64,000 bases of DNA, from the IMG/VR virus record IMGVR_UViG_3300043313_001099, positions 1 to 64,000 of that record; one strand, written 5' to 3'. This document shows positions 54,116 to 62,770 of the stretch, in pieces. This stretch comes from a virus. A program made the translations under genes and the position numbers. How positions within the stretch are numbered: position 1 is the stretch's first letter; each line of letters starts with the position of its first letter. The notes below the pieces were generated by a model that was given only the letters and a program-made list of their open reading frames with translations, did not search any database and was not told the DNA's origin.

Positions 54116-54289
54116 TTACTCCCCTTCCGGTGCGGCATACCCGCAAAGCAGCTTGCCGAGCGTGGTGGCGTGAGTCCATACGCCTGCGGTCAGGCTGACG
54201 ACAGTGCGATCCTGTACCGCAACGATCACCCGGCCGCACCGGCATACGCGCCTCGTACCCTCCGGCACGCCTTGAATGGGACTACTCAT
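54116..54289 (-). CDS. Small Cys/His protein (57 aa, below the ORF-track cut-off)
   Basis: MSSPIQGVPEG...CRCGR...WTH...C; fills the gap between coupled genes. Confidence 0.45.
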   Translation of the reverse strand: MSSPIQGVPEGTRRVCRCGRVIVAVQDRTVVSLTAGVWTHATTLGKLLCGYAAPEGE

Positions 54290-54506
54290 CGGTGATCACG
54301 TCCTCCGGGCAGTGCTGGCAGTTCGGGTAGCCCAGCGGGTTGTCCTTGGTCCAATACTCCGGGTACGCCTCGACACGCGGCAGGGTGCCGCTGACGCCCT
54401 TCACCGGGTGCTTGCGGCGACACATCGAGCGCAGCCCTATGCCGCTCGGCTCCACCCGGTGCATGACCCGGCCGTTCTTGACACGCATCCGCGCGGGGCT
54501 GCTCAC
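54282..54506 (-). CDS. Small Zn-binding protein
   Basis: H...C...CQHC; GTGA coupling. Confidence 0.5.
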   Translation of the reverse strand: MSSPARMRVKNGRVMHRVEPSGIGLRSMCRRKHPVKGVSGTLPRVEAYPEYWTKDNPLGYPNCQHCPEDVITDE

Positions 54507-54880
54507 CCCTGCTCACCCACTTTGGCTACAGAGGTGACGGTGATCTCGATGGCCACCCAATTCCGCTGGCTCACGTTCAGCTCCCCGGCCTCGAACTTGG
54601 CGAGCATCTCGGTGCACTCGGTCTCGCTGTACGAGCCGTCGCCGTAGCCCTGGCCGATCAGGTCGCAGGGTCCACGGACCCCGTTGCGCCAGTCCAGCAC
54701 GGCGTAGCAGCGGGTGCCGGCCGGCTGGAAATCTGCCTGACGGGTCAGCGCGACGAAGTTCTCCGACACCGCGCGCACGGTCCACCAGCGCCAGTCACCG
54801 GCGAGCTTCACTCGCTCTCCGACGATCAGCGGCCGTGGCGGCACGGCTCCCGAACCGTCCCGGCGGTAGCGGCTACTCAT
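54503..54880 (-). CDS. Hypothetical protein
   Basis: W.VRA.S..F, Y...DW..GVRGP, VSQRN motifs. Confidence 0.65.
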   Translation of the reverse strand: MSSRYRRDGSGAVPPRPLIVGERVKLAGDWRWWTVRAVSENFVALTRQADFQPAGTRCYAVLDWRNGVRGPCDLIGQGYGDGSYSETECTEMLAKFEAGELNVSQRNWVAIEITVTSVAKVGEQG

Positions 54881-55538
54881 CGGCATCCCCGTTCATCGCG
54901 GCGCGGGTCCACGGCTTCCAGGTGGTACTGGCGCTGTAGACGGTCATCGTCTCAAGGGTGTAGTCGGTGCGGTCCTTGACGGAGGCGGCCACCTCGTCCG
55001 GGTTGCTGGACTCGCACCAGACGCGGCCGTCCGGGTCGAGCGCCCGGTACCAGGAGTGGCCTCGGGTGTCGGCCTCGTGGAGGGTGACGGTGGAGCGGTC
55101 CACGGTGGAGAGGCTGCCCGGGGCGTCTACCGTCGCTCCGACGAGGGGGGCCAGTGCCTCGGTGACGGTTCGCCAGGTCGACGTGTCCAGGCCGGCCAGG
55201 AGCTCCGGCAGGGGCGGTACGGCCAGGGCGGGGCGGGCCAGCCAGCAGGCGAGCTGGATGGCGGCGCGGGTCGGGCCGTCCAGGGTGCCGGCGAGGTGGC
55301 GGAGCCGGGACCAGTCGACGCGGCCGGCGTGGAGGTCGACGGTGCCGGGGGTGTCCTCGATGAGGTCCAGGTCCAGTACGTCAACCACGTCGGCGCGGGA
55401 CAGGAGGTCTCCCGGGGCTTCCAGGAGGATCTCCAGGGCGGCACGTTCGGGGGTGCGGGGGACGGTGGTGGCCCACAGGGTCTCGGCCAGGTAGTCAGGG
55501 TTCCAGGCCGGGGCGTCGGGGGATGTCGTGGTGGTCAT
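54873..55538 (-). CDS. Two-domain hypothetical protein (start ATG 55538)
   Basis: N-terminal domain similar to 48599..49039; C-terminal WYRA...DG..WCESS. Confidence 0.65.
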   Translation of the reverse strand: MTTTTSPDAPAWNPDYLAETLWATTVPRTPERAALEILLEAPGDLLSRADVVDVLDLDLIEDTPGTVDLHAGRVDWSRLRHLAGTLDGPTRAAIQLACWLARPALAVPPLPELLAGLDTSTWRTVTEALAPLVGATVDAPGSLSTVDRSTVTLHEADTRGHSWYRALDPDGRVWCESSNPDEVAASVKDRTDYTLETMTVYSASTTWKPWTRAAMNGDADE

Positions 55539-55891
55539 GGCTGCCGTTCCTGAGGAGAGGGTGATCCGGGGTTGCCGTCGTCGGCTCCCCGGTTGCCGGC
55601 CAGTGCGATGCAGCCGGCTTCGGTGAGACGCCAGTAGCGGCGCGGTTCGCTGGTGCGGGTGCGGAAGTCCACGGCGTGCTGCACGGTGGTGCTGAGCCGG
55701 ACGAGGCCGGCGGACTCCAGGCCGATGATGGCCACGGTGTAGATGAGGCCGGTCTGGATGTCGCGGGCGTTGGGTAGGGGCAGGTGGGTGTTGGCTGCGA
55801 TGCGGCCGGCGTCGACCAGGCGGAGGAGCCGGTTGGCGTCGGGGACCAGTTCCACGCTGATGCGGGTGCCGGGTGGTGGTTCGGGGGTCAT
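55535..55891 (-). CDS. Winged-helix-like protein
   Basis: LESAGLV...WRLTEAG. Confidence 0.55.
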   Translation of the reverse strand: MTPEPPPGTRISVELVPDANRLLRLVDAGRIAANTHLPLPNARDIQTGLIYTVAIIGLESAGLVRLSTTVQHAVDFRTRTSEPRRYWRLTEAGCIALAGNRGADDGNPGSPSPQERQP

Positions 55892-55966
55892 GTCGGGTTA
55901 CCCCTTCGTTGCTTGTGTGCGATACGTCCATCAGGATATCCCTTGCCGGGATGGTAGACAATAGGT

Positions 55967-56224
55967 CTACTCGCGTACCGGAGACCTATGCGTGCAGGTC
56001 TTGAGCATCAGCGGGTACCAGATCCGGCTGTACGTGTCGTGGTCCACGAGGCGAACCTCGATGCCGGCGCGGAATGCCTCCAGGCGCTCGGCACGAGTCC
56101 CGTACATCTGGTTCCAGGCTGCCGCCTCGTCACGGCAGGAGCGGGTGCGCTCCCTGACGGCGGTAGGGCAGCCACACTTCTTGACGAACACGAACTGCTT
56201 GCGCTGGGCCTGGGTGCGATCCAT
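55967..56224 (-). CDS. Small Cys/His protein
   Basis: CGCP...CTH; GAGG RBS. Confidence 0.6.
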   Translation of the reverse strand: MDRTQAQRKQFVFVKKCGCPTAVRERTRSCRDEAAAWNQMYGTRAERLEAFRAGIEVRLVDHDTYSRIWYPLMLKTCTHRSPVRE

Positions 56225-56249
56225 GCCGGTTACCTCTCACTCCTGACGC

Positions 56250-56297
56250 ATGGCAATTTGCCATCGTCTTGCCATTGTCTTGCCATCTGGTTGCTAC
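56250..56297 (+). repeat. Heptad array A3
   Basis: ATGGCAA-T-TTGCCAT, then TTGCCAT 56269 and 56280, TTGCTAC 56291. Confidence 0.9.
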
Positions 56298-56470
56298 GGC
56301 GGGGACTCCTCCGGCGGCGCGGTGCGGGCCAGCTTGGCGGCGTGGCGTGCGGCCAGCCCGTACCGGCGGCGTCGGCGGAACTCCTCGTGCACGGCTCGCC
56401 GTGCGGCCCGGCGGGACAGCGCGCGTCGGGCGTGGTCTTCAGGGGTCGGGACCTCGGGGTATTGATCCAT
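56294..56470 (-). CDS. Small basic protein (58 aa, MDQYPEVPTPED...)
   Basis: GGAGG RBS; below the ORF-track cut-off. Confidence 0.5.
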   Translation of the reverse strand: MDQYPEVPTPEDHARRALSRRAARRAVHEEFRRRRRYGLAARHAAKLARTAPPEESPP

Positions 56471-56503
56471 ACCTCCAGTGTGAGGTAAGGACCGCTTACC
56501 TCA

Positions 56504-56848
56504 CTAGTCGTTACAGTTCTGGTAGTAGGTGCAGGCCGGCCACCATGCACGCACGTCAGTACCACCACCACGAGAGCGCGGAGCGCCCTCTCGATGACAC
56601 TTCGGGTACTGGGCAACTTCGCGGAATCGGCAGGTGCCGCAGCGAAACGGCAGGTCCGACCGGTCCGACCGGGTAGCGTTCCGGTCCGCCTCGGGATGCA
56701 GGGCCAGCCAGCCGCCGACCAGGCTGAGGGGGTGCGCCCCGCCAGCAATGGCCTCGGCCTGCCGCTGGGTGCGCCGCGCCGTGGCGGAGAGCTCCGGGAG
56801 CGGCTTGGCCCGGAGGTCGAACAGGGCCGGCTGGTCTTCGCCGCTCAC
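56504..56848 (-). CDS. Cys-rich phage protein
   Basis: RRTQRQ...I..G.HPL, CGTC, PKC, TDVRAWWPAC. Confidence 0.7.
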   Translation of the reverse strand: MSGEDQPALFDLRAKPLPELSATARRTQRQAEAIAGGAHPLSLVGGWLALHPEADRNATRSDRSDLPFRCGTCRFREVAQYPKCHREGAPRSRGGGTDVRAWWPACTYYQNCND

Positions 56849-57249
56849 CGGAGCTCCGCCCCGTGCCTGCCGGGGACGGCTCCGGCGTCGAGCTGCCGGC
56901 GGACCTCATCCTCAATCTCGGCCGGGTGGCTGCCGGCGCGGGCCGACGTGCCGATGCCGGCAATGCAGCACTCCACCAGGTGCTCGACGGTGGCCTGGCG
57001 GGGGGCGGCGGTGATGACGGCAGCCACGTAGCGGGGGACGTAGACCTGCGCCCAGACGGCGCGCTCCTGGGCCACGTAGGCGGTGATCGACTGGTGCACG
57101 TCGCGGATCAGGAAGGGCTCGCGCCGGGCGCGGAGCTGCTCGCAGACCAGGGCCACGAGGACCGAGGCGCGGCGGGTGCCGGTGGAGTTGGCGACCTGGC
57201 CGATGATGCCGTCCAGGCTGGCGGGTGGGCGGATGGTGGTGACGGTCAT
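56845..57249 (-). CDS. Hypothetical protein (start ATG 57249)
   Basis: CCCCGACAGGAG start motif. Confidence 0.65.
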   Translation of the reverse strand: MTVTTIRPPASLDGIIGQVANSTGTRRASVLVALVCEQLRARREPFLIRDVHQSITAYVAQERAVWAQVYVPRYVAAVITAAPRQATVEHLVECCIAGIGTSARAGSHPAEIEDEVRRQLDAGAVPGRHGAELR

Positions 57250-57329
57250 GCTGAACTCCTGTCGGGGAGGAGGGGCGGTCGGTACCCCGGCGGGCGGTGC
57301 GTCACCCGGCCAGGGGGATCTGAGGGCGT

Positions 57330-57695
57330 TCAGGGGGCCAGCGGGCAGGCCGGCTTCAACTCCTTCACGCCGAGGAGTGCGCGGACTTCGCGGAGCGCGG
57401 CGGCGGCGGCCGGCACGAGGTGGACCAGGGGGACCGGAACGTCCCAGCCGTAGTGCACCCGCACTCGCCAGCACAGGTCCGTGACCGTGGCACCCGGGGC
57501 ACCGAAGGCCATGAGGGTGACGATCGCAGCCAGGTCATCCGGCGCGGCAGGGGCCGGTTCCTGGTTGGCCTGGCGGAGGTGCGCGGCGCGGCTGGCGAGC
57601 TCGGCGGCCAGGTCCATTCGGGAGGGATCGCGGTGGGGTGCGATCAGCTCCTGCGCGGCGCGCTCCAGGAGGTCGGGCAGGGTGAGGTGCTGCAT
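57330..57695 (-). CDS. Hypothetical protein (start ATG 57695)
   Basis: CCCCGACGAAAGG start motif. Confidence 0.6.
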   Translation of the reverse strand: MQHLTLPDLLERAAQELIAPHRDPSRMDLAAELASRAAHLRQANQEPAPAAPDDLAAIVTLMAFGAPGATVTDLCWRVRVHYGWDVPVPLVHLVPAAAAALREVRALLGVKELKPACPLAP

Positions 57696-57820
57696 GGTGG
57701 TGCCTTTCGTCGGGGGATCTGGTGGTGCTGCGCGGGGCGGGTGCGTCGCTGGTCCGCGCGGGGAGCGTAACTCCGGACAGGTCGGTCGGGCGTCCTCCGC
57801 TCGGCCGGCTCCGGGGCTGG

Positions 57821-58135
57821 TCAGCACTCCCCGGCGTGGGTGGAGAAGCAGACCGGGCAGGCGGCAGAGCGGACCTTGGCAACCTCGGCGGCGTTGATCC
57901 GGGCCTGCTGCCGGACCTGCTTGGCGGCCTGCGCGGCGGCCAGGCGGGCGTTGTAGGCCAGGACCTGTGCGGTGTAGGCGGCGCGGTCGGCGGCCTCCTC
58001 GGGGGTGTCGCGGCGGGTGGTGACTCCCGCGATCGGCGGGAGGCCGAGGCCGACGTAGGGGGCGTGGTCCTTGCGGATCTGCCGGTCGCGGCCGGCCAGG
58101 AGGCTGGACTTGCGGGGGGTGGCGGGGATCTGCAT
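57821..58135 (-). CDS. Hypothetical protein with C-terminal CxxC..HxxxC (start ATG 58135)
   Basis: First gene after P6. Confidence 0.65.
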   Translation of the reverse strand: MQIPATPRKSSLLAGRDRQIRKDHAPYVGLGLPPIAGVTTRRDTPEEAADRAAYTAQVLAYNARLAAAQAAKQVRQQARINAAEVAKVRSAACPVCFSTHAGEC

Positions 58136-58166
58136 GGTGGGCTCCTGTCCGGGGGAAGCGGTGTGC

Positions 58167-58208
58167 CTTACTGACACGAGGTTACCGCACGGCTAGCCCT
58201 GGTGTCAA
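58167..58208 (-). promoter_or_regulatory. Repeat promoter P6
   Basis: TTGACA ccagggctagccgtgcgg TAACCT cgtgtca GTAAG; hairpin 58215-58240 just upstream. Confidence 0.85.
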
Positions 58209-58254
58209 CCACTGAGGGGGCGGAGTCTCCCCCGCCCCCTTTGGCTTGGCCCGC

Positions 58255-59238
58255 TCAGCCGTTCTTGATCTTCCGGGCCACCCGGGCGGCCAGGCTGGCG
58301 ACTACCTCGTCAACCGTGCGGTTCGACTTCGCGGCCAGGGCCTCGGCCAGGATGAGGGCGTTGGCGCGGTGCTCGGCGTGGTTGGCCGGGTTGCTCCAGG
58401 AGTACCCCGGGGCGGCGGCCTCCTCGACGTACAGGATCTCTGCGGCCCGGACGGTGCGGATGGTCTCGTACCCGACCTTGAGCACGCCCCCGTCCGGAGC
58501 GGCGATCAGCTTGGGGTCCTCGGTGCGGGCCTTGCGCTCGGCGGCCAGCTCGTACGCCCGGTTGGTGTGCTTCCGCAGGCCGCCGCCGTGGGTGGCCGCT
58601 ACGGCGCGCGCCCCGCAAACCTCGCAGTCGCCGGTGTAGCTCATGCCGTACGTGCGGTAGTTGACGCCGGTCCGGTTGCTGCACTTGCTCGGGTCCTCGA
58701 CCTCAGTGCGGCCGGCGGTCCAGGAGAGCGGGGCGGAGGGGAAGCAGACCGTGCAGAGGATCGGGCCGAGGGCGTTGACCGCCTCCTGCTCGGTCAGGCC
58801 GGACAGCTCCGGATTCCAACCGAACTCGGTGGCGTTGACGCCCCGGTTGCAGGTCTGGCAGTTCATGGAGCGGTGGATGTGGCCGTTGTTCTGCTGGACG
58901 GTGAAGAACCGCGACCAGCCTCCCCGGCGGAGGTACTCGGCGTGCAGCGGCTCAGCCTTGGCCAGGATGGCGTCCAGCTCGGCGCGGGCCTTGCCGTAGG
59001 CGGCGAGGGCGGCGGCAACCTGGCCGGACGTGGCCTCCAGTGCGCGGGCCTTGTCCAGGGCTTCGGCGTCGGTGGTCGGCCAGCCCTTCCGCTTGCTCCA
59101 GGGGTCCTGCTTCTCACCGAGGGCGCGGTGGATGGTGTTGACCCGGCTGGCCACCCGGCCGCGTGCGCCGCTCTCCTGGCGGTAGAGGTCTGCGAGCTGG
59201 GTGTCGATCTCGGCGGGGGTGGCGGTCCGAATGTTCAT
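58255..59238 (-). CDS. Zn-binding actinophage protein (327 aa)
   Basis: WSRFF.V..NNGHIH....C.TC, LCTVCFPSAP, CEVCG. Confidence 0.75.
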   Translation of the reverse strand: MNIRTATPAEIDTQLADLYRQESGARGRVASRVNTIHRALGEKQDPWSKRKGWPTTDAEALDKARALEATSGQVAAALAAYGKARAELDAILAKAEPLHAEYLRRGGWSRFFTVQQNNGHIHRSMNCQTCNRGVNATEFGWNPELSGLTEQEAVNALGPILCTVCFPSAPLSWTAGRTEVEDPSKCSNRTGVNYRTYGMSYTGDCEVCGARAVAATHGGGLRKHTNRAYELAAERKARTEDPKLIAAPDGGVLKVGYETIRTVRAAEILYVEEAAAPGYSWSNPANHAEHRANALILAEALAAKSNRTVDEVVASLAARVARKIKNG

Positions 59239-59271
59239 GCTGGGCTCCTGTCGGGGGAGGGTGTCGCGTCG

Positions 59272-59313
59272 CTTGCATCTACTACGTTAGAGGACGAGGT
59301 AACCTCGTGTCAA
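59272..59313 (-). promoter_or_regulatory. Repeat promoter P7
   Basis: TTGACA cgaggttacctcgtcctc TAACGT agtagat GCAAG; internal palindrome ACGAGGT-N-ACCTCGT. Confidence 0.85.
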
Positions 59314-59370
59314 TAGGGAATCTCGACAGGTGCCCCCACCTGCCCATACTCTGCCAAGGCACCCCCCCGA

Positions 59371-59407
59371 GCTCCGGCCGCCCCGACCCGAGGAGGGCGG
59401 CCGGAGC
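59371..59407 (-). terminator. Hairpin upstream of P7
   Basis: GCTCCGGCCGCCC/GGGCGGCCGGAGC. Confidence 0.7.
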
Positions 59408-59412
59408 CCCGG

Positions 59413-59772
59413 TCACGCCCGGGGGCTGACCACGTGGGAGATGTGAAGCTGCGCCTCCAAGGCGGAGTACCGACCCAGCGCGCGACCCTCGGCGTACGGC
59501 AGGAACCGGTCAACGACGTGCCCCAGGGCGTGCAGGTAGGAGTACGCCCCGAGGATGGTGTTGCCCCCCAACAGCACCTCGAACCCGTGGTTCTCGATCT
59601 CCTCCACCGTCAGGCCGAGCTCCTCGGCACGCATCCGGACCTGGACCATGGCCGGGGTGTACTCCGGCCCGTAGGTCAGCTCGGCCGGCGAGCGGTAGCC
59701 GGCCAGCAGGGTGCTGGTGTGGGCGTCGGTCAAGGAGGGGGTGGTGTTGGTGGTAGCGGTGGTGGTGTTCAT
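59413..59772 (-). CDS. Hypothetical protein
   Basis: Single gene under P8; AGGAGG RBS. Confidence 0.7.
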   Translation of the reverse strand: MNTTTATTNTTPSLTDAHTSTLLAGYRSPAELTYGPEYTPAMVQVRMRAEELGLTVEEIENHGFEVLLGGNTILGAYSYLHALGHVVDRFLPYAEGRALGRYSALEAQLHISHVVSPRA

Positions 59773-59807
59773 GGCCCCTCCTAGGGGTAAGAGGTAAGGC
59801 GGAGTGC

Positions 59808-59848
59808 CTTACCTCCACTAAGTTACGCGCTCGATAACCTCGTGTCAA
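59808..59848 (-). promoter_or_regulatory. Repeat promoter P8
   Basis: TTGACA cgaggttatcgagcgcg TAACTT agtggag GTAAG; 10-bp hairpin 59791-59815 at the predicted +1. Confidence 0.85.
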
Positions 59849-59987
59849 CTTCCCCTTATTCACCCAGGTCAAGCGGCTTCATGGCTGGTCTCCCTACGTG
59901 GACAGGGGGGCGGGTACGTACACTAGGTTACCCGCCCGTGGCGTCTACGTCTACAGGGTTACCGGCCGAACTTCCTTCCGGCGCTTA

Positions 59988-60016
59988 TTGACATTGGGTT
60001 TTGCGTGGCGTAACGT
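59988..60016 (+). promoter_or_regulatory. Repeat promoter P9 (degenerate spacer), divergent from P8
   Basis: TTGACA ttgggttttgcgtggcg TAACGT ggtgtcc. Confidence 0.75.
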
Positions 60017-60050
60017 GGTGTCCAGTCACATCCCCCGAGAAAGGCACACG

Positions 60051-60803
60051 ATGACCACGGACGACGCTGACAAGGCCAAAATGCTCGACCGCATTCGGAA
60101 ACTCCTGGCCAAGGCGGAAGACCCGGCCGCCACCACGGGCGAGGCAGAGACGTACACGGCGAAGGCCACCGAGCTGATCGCCAAGTACGGCATCGACCAG
60201 GCGCTCCTGGCCGCGTCCGGCGTGACGCGGAGCACCATCGGCAACCGGATCGTCACGGTTGACTCCCCGTACTCGTACGCCAAGGCGCTCCTGCTGTACC
60301 GCCTGGTCGAGGCGCTGGGCGGCGAAGCCATCATGATGACGAACCGGCGCGGCACGGCCACGGGCGGAGTCCGCAAGGTCCACATCTTCGGGTACGACTC
60401 CGACCTGGAGCGTGCGGAGCTGCTCTACACCTCGCTCCTGGTTCAGCTCTCCTTCGCCATGCTGGCGGGGATCCCGGAGCCGGGCGAGGGCATCAAGGAG
60501 TGGAGGCGCTCGTTCATCATCGGCTTCACTGAGCGCGTTGTGGCGCGGGTAAGGGAGGCCGAGGAGGCGGCGCACCGGCAGGCGGACCGGGAGCGCACGA
60601 GTGGCCCCTCGACGGATCTGGTCCTGGTCGACCGGGCCAAGCTGGTCCGCCGGGAGTTCATGCAGGTGTACCCGAGCGTCCGAACGACCTCAATGAGCGC
60701 GGGCACCTCGGGCATGGACGCTGGCCGGGCGGCCGGGAACCGGGCCAGTCTGGGCGGTACCCGGGTGGGCAGCGGAGCGGGGCGGCCGGCGCTGGGTCGG
60801 TAG
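60051..60803 (+). CDS. DUF2786 domain protein (start ATG 60051)
   Basis: MLDRIRKLLAKAE....T.GEAE....KA.EL.AKYGID; FG..SD....E.LYTSL; RRSF..GF. Confidence 0.88.
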   Translation: MTTDDADKAKMLDRIRKLLAKAEDPAATTGEAETYTAKATELIAKYGIDQALLAASGVTRSTIGNRIVTVDSPYSYAKALLLYRLVEALGGEAIMMTNRRGTATGGVRKVHIFGYDSDLERAELLYTSLLVQLSFAMLAGIPEPGEGIKEWRRSFIIGFTERVVARVREAEEAAHRQADRERTSGPSTDLVLVDRAKLVRREFMQVYPSVRTTSMSAGTSGMDAGRAAGNRASLGGTRVGSGAGRPALGR

Positions 60804-60815
60804 TCCGCGCGGAGT

Positions 60816-60843
60816 GGTGGCCCTGCCGAGAGGCGGGGCCACC
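60816..60843 (+). terminator. Hairpin upstream of P10
   Basis: GGTGGCCCTGCC/GGCGGGGCCACC. Confidence 0.65.
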
Positions 60844-60872
60844 TGCCGTTTCGGGGGGTTCCCAATCAGGAC

Positions 60873-60913
60873 TTGACACGAGGTTAGTCGGGGCGTAACC
60901 TTGTGGTTGTAAG
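60873..60913 (+). promoter_or_regulatory. Repeat promoter P10
   Basis: TTGACA cgaggttagtcggggcg TAACCT tgtggtt GTAAG. Confidence 0.9.
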
Positions 60914-60940
60914 GCACACCGACCAACCACGGAGGCCAGC

Positions 60941-61303
60941 ATGACCGCACCAGCCACCACCCTCCGACTCCCCCGCCTCTACTGGGACACCGCCCTGATC
61001 ATCGACGGAGACCACGCCTGGCTCCAGGGTCCGGCCGGCTACCCGATCCCAACCGCGACCGGCCCCCGCTGCGGAAACTGCGACGGGAAGCGTCACGCCT
61101 CCGCTACCGCGATCCGGCACTGCTACGAGAACTCCCGGATGCAGGACGAGGCCGCTGAGGCGGACTACCGGCACGAGCAGTACTGCGAGCGGGCATGGGA
61201 GAGCCGGTTCTCCGTCCAGATGCAGTACGAGTTGGATCTGGAGCAGCAGGTCACGGGCCGACACTGGTCCGACACGGGCCACGGCGAGCCGTACCAGTAC
61301 TGA
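60941..61303 (+). CDS. Zn-binding hypothetical protein
   Basis: CGNC...H......R.C; GGAGG RBS. Confidence 0.7.
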   Translation: MTAPATTLRLPRLYWDTALIIDGDHAWLQGPAGYPIPTATGPRCGNCDGKRHASATAIRHCYENSRMQDEAAEADYRHEQYCERAWESRFSVQMQYELDLEQQVTGRHWSDTGHGEPYQY

Positions 61304-61399
61304 CCGCCCCCGGTCCGGGCAACCGGGATGGGACGTGAGCCGCGAGGCCGCGTCCCGTCCGGGGCCGCCCGGCCCTACCCCGACGAGAGAGGTTCCACC

Positions 61400-61675
61400 A
61401 TGTCCGACGAGACCACGACCGCCATCAGCCGTGGAGACGCCCGCCAGTACCTGGAGGTCATGCGGCAGATGCCCTACGCCGCCAACATCGTCCCCCGGAT
61501 CAACCTCGACACCCTGACTTTCGGCCAGATCATCGACCACATGGGGGAGCTGGCCGCCCGACTTGCCGAGGTCGGCAAGCGGGACGCGCGGCAGTCTATC
61601 GAGTTGGCCGAGGCCAAGGCCGTACTCAAGGGTGGCCGCGACCTGTTCGCCTACCTGTCCCGGCAGGAGGGCTGA
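61400..61675 (+). CDS. Hypothetical protein (start ATG 61400)
   Basis: CCCCGACGAGAGAGG start motif. Confidence 0.65.
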   Translation: MSDETTTAISRGDARQYLEVMRQMPYAANIVPRINLDTLTFGQIIDHMGELAARLAEVGKRDARQSIELAEAKAVLKGGRDLFAYLSRQEG

Positions 61676-61731
61676 CCGCTGCGCTTCCGGCCGGCATGTA
61701 CCAGCGACGTGCCGGCGCGGTGGCCAACCGG

Positions 61732-61755
61732 CCGACACCGACACCGACACCGACA
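61732..61755 (+). repeat. CCGACA x4 tandem repeat immediately before a GAGGAG RBS
   Basis: Read directly. Confidence 0.85.
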
Positions 61756-61768
61756 CCGAGGAGTGAGC

Positions 61769-62080
61769 ATGGGACCGTACTGCCGCTACTGTGACCGGCG
61801 CTGCTTCGTGGAGCGCATCCTGCACGATGACCAGTGGTCGCTGCTCGCCACCTGCGAGGCCGGCATGGAGCACGACCGGGAGCGGGTCGGGGAGGATCAC
61901 GTCACCGCCCGCAACCCGCGCAACCCGGACAGCATGGCCGGCCGCCGCCGCTCCCCCGCCTGGATCCGGTACTACCGGAACCACCCCGAGGTCTCCGCGA
62001 CCTGGGGCGAACAGAACGGCCGGGAGCCGACCTGCACCTGCGCGGCCTGCTCCCCCGTCAACGCCGGCCCGACCGGGTGA
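61769..62080 (+). CDS. Cys-rich hypothetical protein
   Basis: MGPYCRYCDRRCFV...LATC..G...DR; CTCAAC. Confidence 0.7.
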   Translation: MGPYCRYCDRRCFVERILHDDQWSLLATCEAGMEHDRERVGEDHVTARNPRNPDSMAGRRRSPAWIRYYRNHPEVSATWGEQNGREPTCTCAACSPVNAGPTG

Positions 62081-62151
62081 CCGGAGTGGCGCGCGGCCCC
62101 GGTCGCGTACCGCTCCGGCCACCCGGCCGGCACCCGACAGGAGGGACCAGC

Positions 62152-62490
62152 ATGGAGATCATCACCGGCAGTACCCCGCTCACGGACGAGGAGGCGGGGG
62201 AGCTCCACCACGTCATGTACCGGATGCCAATGGGGGCGGTCGGCGTCGACCTGGCCCGGCTCCAGCCCACAACCGCGCGTCCGGTCACGGCGGCCGACGT
62301 CGTTCACGTCCTCAACCAGTTGCGGAACGAGGCAACCGCCTTCGTCTCCTCCGCGACCACCTGCCGCGACGAGGTGAAGTGGTGGCGGGACTGGTACCGC
62401 CGGCAGGTGGAGGCCGGCATCCAGTTGCCGGAGATGCCCCTGCTCGGCAGCGAGCCGCCGCCCCCGGCCGACGACGAGGTGGCGCGGTGA
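62152..62490 (+). CDS. Hypothetical protein (start ATG 62152)
   Basis: CCCGACAGGAG start motif. Confidence 0.65.
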   Translation: MEIITGSTPLTDEEAGELHHVMYRMPMGAVGVDLARLQPTTARPVTAADVVHVLNQLRNEATAFVSSATTCRDEVKWWRDWYRRQVEAGIQLPEMPLLGSEPPPPADDEVAR

Positions 62491-62687
62491 AGATCAGCGT
62501 GCCACTGGTCATCGAGGTCGACCCCCGCGAGTGGAACTGCGGCGAGTTCGCCGGCCTGACCGGTCGGGAGCTGGCCGAGGCTGTGCGCGAGGACGTGCGC
62601 CGGTACGTGGAGTACTCGGTGCAGGGCCTGAACCTCCTGAGCGAGGCGGACGCCCGGGTCAACCGGGTCCGCGTCCGGGGGCGCTGA
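62487..62687 (+). CDS. Small hypothetical protein
   Basis: GTGA coupling; hairpin 62710-62740 follows. Confidence 0.6.
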   Translation: MKISVPLVIEVDPREWNCGEFAGLTGRELAEAVREDVRRYVEYSVQGLNLLSEADARVNRVRVRGR

Positions 62688-62770
62688 GGCTCTCTCCAAC
62701 CGCTCTGCAACGCCCCGTCAGGCCCCGGCCGGCGGGGCGTCCTGCTGTCTCCCCGGGAGGGGTTCGCCCG

